Positions 14,979 to 20,000 of a stretch of DNA of 20,000 nt are shown here, piece after piece. Source of the stretch: an uncultured virus (IMG/VR IMGVR_UViG_3300029258_003476) (lineage: Duplodnaviria > Heunggongvirae > Uroviricota > Caudoviricetes); the IMG/VR virus record IMGVR_UViG_3300029258_003476, positions 51,759 through 71,758 of that record; one strand, 5' to 3'. How positions within the stretch are numbered: position 1 is the stretch's first letter; every line of letters starts with the position of its first letter. The notes beneath the pieces are model-generated. The model saw only the letters and a program-made list of their open reading frames with translations, was not told the DNA's origin and did not search any database. Position numbers and translations under genes: made by a program.

Positions 14979-16918
14979 CCACGACCGTTTTCATCGAGCT
15001 CACCACGAACGCCTTCGAGAAGGTGTTCAAGGACCAGTCGAGCAACAAGACGGGAGCTCGTAGGGGGGCTGGAGCCGACTCTGTTCGCCGCCCGCTTCGG
15101 GGGCTCGAGGTCAAGGACGACACGCACGCCGTCATCCGTGTTCTTCGATCGACCGGGCAAGAGGTCCCGCTGGTCACTTCCAGCTACTTGGGCGGTGAGG
15201 GCCCTGCCTATACCAACTTCATCTTGCAGAGTGTGTCGGAGCAACGGCAGGAAAAGTCGCAGATCGTCGAGACGTTCGGCGAGGACTACATCTTCTTCTT
15301 CGGTGAGCGTCCTCGGATGCTGGCAGTAGACGCGGTGCTGCTCAACTCTTTCGACTTCAACTGGGAGGCCGAGTTCTGGGAGAACTACAATTTGTACCTC
15401 CGAGGCACCAAGTGCGCCGAGCTCGGGGCCCGCGTCTACTTGTTCTACGACGACAACATCGTCGAGGGCTACATGATGGGGGCGCAGGCATCGAAGAGCT
15501 CGCAGATCCCCATGCAGGTGACCATGAGCTTCACCATGGTGCTCACCAACTACTCGAACATCTCGTTCATCCGGTCCTCGAGGTACCCGGTTCGTCCGAT
15601 GGCCACCAAAAGCTACTCGGAGAACAACCCGGAGGACTACCAGGTCATCGGCTTGGACACTTCGAAGAACCCAGGGTGGCTCCAACCGAAGAGGCGCACT
15701 GCCCTAACACCAGAAGACAAGTTCCGAGAAGCACCAGTCGACAGAAGGTTGAAGAGTCGTACGGACATCACCGATAACGTCGACGAGTGGACAGGAGACC
15801 GACGGGTCATCCCTCTCGACTGGGAGAGTATCCGCGACGCCGAGCGGGCGGAGGCAGCCAGACTCGAGGACCAGGCCATCATCGAGGCGTGCAAGCGCGG
15901 GGCACTCGCGGACAACCCAGACTTCCTACGCAACACTGGTCTTGCCGGCGCCGGCGCCGGCTCCGCCATTCGCTCCCAGGTCGGTGTGGGGGCAAGTGCC
16001 CGGGCTGGGATAGGCGCGGGGGCAGGCGCTTGGGCAGGGGCAGGCGTCAACGCGGGCGCAGGCGCAGGGGCATACGCCGGAGCGGGCGCCTGGGTGGGCG
16101 CCGGCGTCGGAGCGGGTGGAACCTGGTCGGGCTCCGGAACCTGGTCGAAGTCGAGCTCGGGCGCGGGCGCCGGCTACTACGGCGGGCAGGGCGTAGGCTA
16201 CGACCCCTTCAACCCGTTCATCACGAACCCTGGTGGGGCCATTGGCTACTACGCCGGCGCGGGCTACTACGGGCCCGGACAGAGCGGCACACAGGGCTAC
16301 GGCTCTGGCAGCGCGGTCGCCAGCCAGGGTGGGGGCTACGTTGCAGGTGCGGGCGCCGGCGTCGGGTGGACCCCGGGGCAGGGCGTGTCGTCGGGCTCGT
16401 ACGCGTACTCTGGGCAGATCCCTTCGGAGAACCTGCCGTCGAACCAGAACTACTCTGGCAGCGCATGGATGCCCTACTCCACTCCGCAGGCCCCGGCCAG
16501 TTCCAGCCAGCGCGCTCAGGGGGCCTACTCTGGGGGGTTCTTCGGGGGCAGGTTTGGCGCGCAGGGCTACGCGGCCGCGGGCTACGCGTCGAGCTCGGGC
16601 GGCGGCACGGCGTCGCAGCAGTACTACGCCGGCGCGTACGCAGGGTGGGACCCTATCAACGGCGGTCAGTCGTCGACTTGGAGCGGCAAGTCACCCACCG
16701 GCCGCGGCCTGCCGCCTGGGCAGCCCGGCGGCGGACTGTTCGGCGTCAGCGCGGTTCCTGGCAATCTCGGAGGTGGACCCATCGATCCGAGGACCGGCAA
16801 GCCCTGGTCCACCAACATCATCAAGGGCGCCTACAAGCAGGGCGCCTCTCAGTCGAACCCCTATGGGCGCGTTGACCAGGCCACCTGTGACGCGTACCGA
16901 GACGCAGGAATGCTATGA
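14975..16918 (+). CDS. Putative tail tube initiator/baseplate protein with long Gly/Ala/Tyr/Ser low-complexity C-terminus
   Basis: Globular beta-rich N-domain (NFILQSVSEQRQEKSQIVETFGEDYIFFFGERPR); position between tape measure and hub-like gene. Start either ATA 14975 or GTG 15023. Confidence 0.6.
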   Translation: MATTVFIELTTNAFEKVFKDQSSNKTGARRGAGADSVRRPLRGLEVKDDTHAVIRVLRSTGQEVPLVTSSYLGGEGPAYTNFILQSVSEQRQEKSQIVETFGEDYIFFFGERPRMLAVDAVLLNSFDFNWEAEFWENYNLYLRGTKCAELGARVYLFYDDNIVEGYMMGAQASKSSQIPMQVTMSFTMVLTNYSNISFIRSSRYPVRPMATKSYSENNPEDYQVIGLDTSKNPGWLQPKRRTALTPEDKFREAPVDRRLKSRTDITDNVDEWTGDRRVIPLDWESIRDAERAEAARLEDQAIIEACKRGALADNPDFLRNTGLAGAGAGSAIRSQVGVGASARAGIGAGAGAWAGAGVNAGAGAGAYAGAGAWVGAGVGAGGTWSGSGTWSKSSSGAGAGYYGGQGVGYDPFNPFITNPGGAIGYYAGAGYYGPGQSGTQGYGSGSAVASQGGGYVAGAGAGVGWTPGQGVSSGSYAYSGQIPSENLPSNQNYSGSAWMPYSTPQAPASSSQRAQGAYSGGFFGGRFGAQGYAAAGYASSSGGGTASQQYYAGAYAGWDPINGGQSSTWSGKSPTGRGLPPGQPGGGLFGVSAVPGNLGGGPIDPRTGKPWSTNIIKGAYKQGASQSNPYGRVDQATCDAYRDAGML

Positions 16919-19900
16919 CAGCCGTCGCCAGCAGGCTGAGTATTCGGGCCTTCATCGAAGGGGCGGAGGTGCCGGTCGTTGCTGTTCAGGTGAACTCTGC
17001 GCCGAACAGCGCTATGGCAGCAAGCCTTCAGGTTCCTCCCCTTTCCGAAGGCCTCAAGATCCTGCCCCGTTCTCTCGTCCACGTCTTCTTCGACGACTTT
17101 GCTGGTCCCCACATCAACTCCGAGTTCATCAATCAGCAGGCCAACCGTCCCGAGAACGCCACTACCCAGATGATTCAGGACGAAGGGACCATGGCGGGCT
17201 ACCGCTTGCTGTACGTTGGGGAGGTAGTAGGGGTGCAGTGGTCCAAACGCGCCACGACGCGTTCCCTCGTTCTGCACCTGCTTGACCTTTCGAGCTACTG
17301 GGATACGGCGTACCAGTGGATGAACACGGACATCTTCGGTCCGGGGTACAAGGCGGTCTTCTCCGGGGGCGGTACCGACATGTTCACCGACTTCCTCGCT
17401 TCCGCCAGTGAGATCGTCACCGGGCAGCTCAATTACGGCATCCGCAAAGGCAGCGTGCAGTACCCGGCCCTGCGCGGTCTTCTTGGTGGCATCGTTCGGC
17501 TGCTTGAGAAGATCGGCGGCTCGTACATGCAGGGCAACAACTACCCCGGCTCGAACGCTTTCTTCTCTCTTGCCGAGCTACGGCTACATGTCACCCAGAT
17601 GATCAGCGCGTACGACAAGGACCCGACCGCAAGCCGGCTGCTCGGGGGGAGCTGGGACGGGTTGTTCGGCCGCACGATCGGCAACCTTGGTGACCACACG
17701 AACATGCGCCAAGTGATCAACGCGCTGGCGCCCGCCATCTTCCACGAGACGTACGCGCAGCCCTGCCCGCTGTACACGCCGGGCTCCGGAGGAACCGTCA
17801 GCGGCTACAAGCGCACGACCGTCATGGCCAGCGCGCAGACGCAGGTCTTCGCACTCAAAGGGCGAGAGCTCGCTATAGGCATTGAGGAGCTCATCAACCG
17901 TCTCGATGTTCCGAGCACTTCCAGGGCGTCGATCCTTAGCACCATTCGGGGCTTGACCAATCAGTGTCGGGTGGCCTCCAACACGGTGCGGGACAAGAAT
18001 GCCAGGCAGGTGCGCCAGCACTTCAGTCAGGCAACCACGAAACTGGGACAGGCGGCAGGAGCGGCCTCGAGGTGGAAGCCGGGCACTCGCGCGGACACGC
18101 AGCTCAGGTCGCATCTGAGCGCGGCGGCCTCGAAGCTGCGTGCCATCAAGAGTTTGACCATCAGCGAGACGGCCAAGAAGGACGCCATCCCAGCACGGCT
18201 GCACCAGCAGATCATGCGACCGGACATCTGGTTCGGGCCGCCTCCCCGATGCAACGTCATCTTCCCGGAGCACTACACGCAGCTCGACTACCAACGGATG
18301 TTCTTGCAGGAGCCGACGCGCCTACTGCTCAAGACCCACGAGGAGTTCTACGGAGAGGACGAGCTGTTCGACAAGTTCTACTTTGCTCCGTATGCCAAGG
18401 GCCTGAAGGGCAAGAACAAGAACCTGCTCGTCAACATGCTGCGCCGAGACATACTCGAGCACGAGCTGTACACCGGCATCCTGCCCGTCTACGAGAAGAT
18501 GGGGGAGTTCAGCATCTTCGCTGCACAGACGGGGGCAGTGAACGGCAAGCGCGCGAAGGTGGGCGCTGCCCAGCGCACGTCCAACTTCCTGTACTTCAAG
18601 TATCGTTTCGAGCCCCGCCAGCTCTCAGTTACCATGCGGTTCAACCCGTACATCGCGTGCGGGTTTCCGTGCCTGGTCATCGACAAGTACATGGACCAGG
18701 ACCTGATTCAGAGGCACAAGGCCATCATCGAGGAGAACGGTGGAACCTTCCCTCAGGACCAGGCCAAGTACTTCGGTACGCACTTCCTTGGCAACGCCAT
18801 GAACGTGACCCACTCCCTCCAGCAGGACCGCGGTGGCATCACGTTGGTGCAAATGAACTACGCCAGGCAGGCCGACGAGAAGACCGAGTTCCTCGGGATG
18901 CACCAGGGCGACGACCGCGTGAAGTCGTACAAGCGCTACGAGAACGATGCCCTTCGCAAGACGGACGTGGCGTCGACGACGGCGCCGAGGATTGGGTCGC
19001 TGGGCCCGGCGTTCGGTCAGATCACGCAGGTCGTGGACGTGACCGGGGAGTTCGGCCCGCAGACGACCGGTGGCACCTCGTTCTTCCCATCGCTGCCCAT
19101 GTACTTGTCTCGACGCAAGGGCGAGGCCGCGCTTCCGCAGGTGCAGGTTGGAGTGGCGTTGCCGGCCCGAGCATTCGGCCCCGACGTGGAGAAGCTGTTC
19201 GACTTCCCTGACCAGATCGTCAAGTTCAGGGCGTACCGGGTTACGGAGGAGATACCGCGGTACCGACGGGAGATCACCAACCTGCCTCCGGAGGAGCTCA
19301 TCCGGCCGGGCTGGTACGGCGACATCTGGCACCCCGGCAACATCGGCAAGGCCTACCAGTTCTTCTTGGCCACCGGGTCCATCTGCGACCAGCAGCAGAT
19401 CCTCGATGCCAACGGGCAGGAGCCGGCGCACAACACGGCGACGGACGGAGAGGCCACGGTGGTCGACCCGCTCGACGCGGAGGCCTCCACTGGCAACGAG
19501 CAGGAGTTCGTGGACACGGCGCCGGCGGTTCTGTCTCTCATGCGCAAGTACGGCCTCGACAGGCAGGGCAACAAGGTCAACTGGGTTCAGGTGCTCGATG
19601 GTGTCGAGTTCCTCATGCACGTCTACTCGTACGTGAAGCAGAACCCCGAGATCAGCGTCGACGACTTCATCCGCAGCTACACCTGGCGCCCCATCGCGAC
19701 GATGCTCGAGATGTTTGGGACCCCCGACTTGGCCTACAAGTACGACCCGGACGCCAGGGCGCAAGTAGTGGATGAGGGGATCGAGGGGTTCCACAGTCGG
19801 GCGTTCATGCCGAGGGGCATGAGCTTCGAGAACTTGAACGGCAACCAGTCTGGTGACTTCTCGGGGGACATCTTCACCCTTGTGCCTACAGACGTGGAGA

Positions 19901-20000
19901 AGATGATCGGCGTCAGCAGAGACGACAAGTCTTCTCTGTTCTCCATGCGGGGCGACGTGCGAAAACAGAAGCAGGACGCGGTGCTCGAGTACCTGTCCTC
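16915..20000 (+). CDS. Large baseplate-hub-like protein (>1028 aa), 3'-truncated by window edge
   Basis: Absent from the ORF track. ATG 16915 in ATGA overlap (MTAVASRLSIRAFIEGAEVPV...); no stop seen to 20000; segments RQLSVTMRFNPYIACGFP and VTHSLQQDRGGITLV resemble gp27/gp44-type hub patterns. The ORF is secure; the function is inferred. Confidence 0.75.
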   Translation, partial: MTAVASRLSIRAFIEGAEVPVVAVQVNSAPNSAMAASLQVPPLSEGLKILPRSLVHVFFDDFAGPHINSEFINQQANRPENATTQMIQDEGTMAGYRLLYVGEVVGVQWSKRATTRSLVLHLLDLSSYWDTAYQWMNTDIFGPGYKAVFSGGGTDMFTDFLASASEIVTGQLNYGIRKGSVQYPALRGLLGGIVRLLEKIGGSYMQGNNYPGSNAFFSLAELRLHVTQMISAYDKDPTASRLLGGSWDGLFGRTIGNLGDHTNMRQVINALAPAIFHETYAQPCPLYTPGSGGTVSGYKRTTVMASAQTQVFALKGRELAIGIEELINRLDVPSTSRASILSTIRGLTNQCRVASNTVRDKNARQVRQHFSQATTKLGQAAGAASRWKPGTRADTQLRSHLSAAASKLRAIKSLTISETAKKDAIPARLHQQIMRPDIWFGPPPRCNVIFPEHYTQLDYQRMFLQEPTRLLLKTHEEFYGEDELFDKFYFAPYAKGLKGKNKNLLVNMLRRDILEHELYTGILPVYEKMGEFSIFAAQTGAVNGKRAKVGAAQRTSNFLYFKYRFEPRQLSVTMRFNPYIACGFPCLVIDKYMDQDLIQRHKAIIEENGGTFPQDQAKYFGTHFLGNAMNVTHSLQQDRGGITLVQMNYARQADEKTEFLGMHQGDDRVKSYKRYENDALRKTDVASTTAPRIGSLGPAFGQITQVVDVTGEFGPQTTGGTSFFPSLPMYLSRRKGEAALPQVQVGVALPARAFGPDVEKLFDFPDQIVKFRAYRVTEEIPRYRREITNLPPEELIRPGWYGDIWHPGNIGKAYQFFLATGSICDQQQILDANGQEPAHNTATDGEATVVDPLDAEASTGNEQEFVDTAPAVLSLMRKYGLDRQGNKVNWVQVLDGVEFLMHVYSYVKQNPEISVDDFIRSYTWRPIATMLEMFGTPDLAYKYDPDARAQVVDEGIEGFHSRAFMPRGMSFENLNGNQSGDFSGDIFTLVPTDVEKMIGVSRDDKSSLFSMRGDVRKQKQDAVLEYLS

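Noticed and set aside
15787..17285. Long Arg-rich ORFs 15787-16875 and 16233-17285
   Set aside because: Alternative frames of the Gly/Ala-rich coding region, which is naturally stop-poor.
17964..19211. 415-aa plus-strand ORF
   Set aside because: Alternative frame within the large 16915->20000 gene.

Overview
GC-rich, densely packed, almost entirely + strand window that reads as the tail-morphogenesis region of a large tailed phage (probably a jumbo myovirus; inferred from gene order and content, as no capsid or terminase gene is in view). Left to right: small orphan genes, many with CxxC zinc-ribbon motifs; a probable tail assembly chaperone pair joined by a canonical -1 slippery site (G GGA AAT, 2548-2554); about 16 small coupled genes including a GroES-like co-chaperonin and a ribbon-helix-helix protein; a two-gene minus-strand island of membrane-anchored proteins with its own terminator; a ~1300-aa tape-measure-like gene broken by a perfect 34-bp tandem duplication; an N-terminally truncated HNH endonuclease whose stop overlaps an apparent ATA start of the next gene; a tail/baseplate protein with a long silk-like (GAGAG) tail; and a >1000-aa baseplate-hub-like gene that runs off the right end and is missing from the ORF track. 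Only GroES, HNH and RHH are recognised from motifs; structural assignments rest on size, composition and synteny. No RNA genes or CRISPR array were seen.
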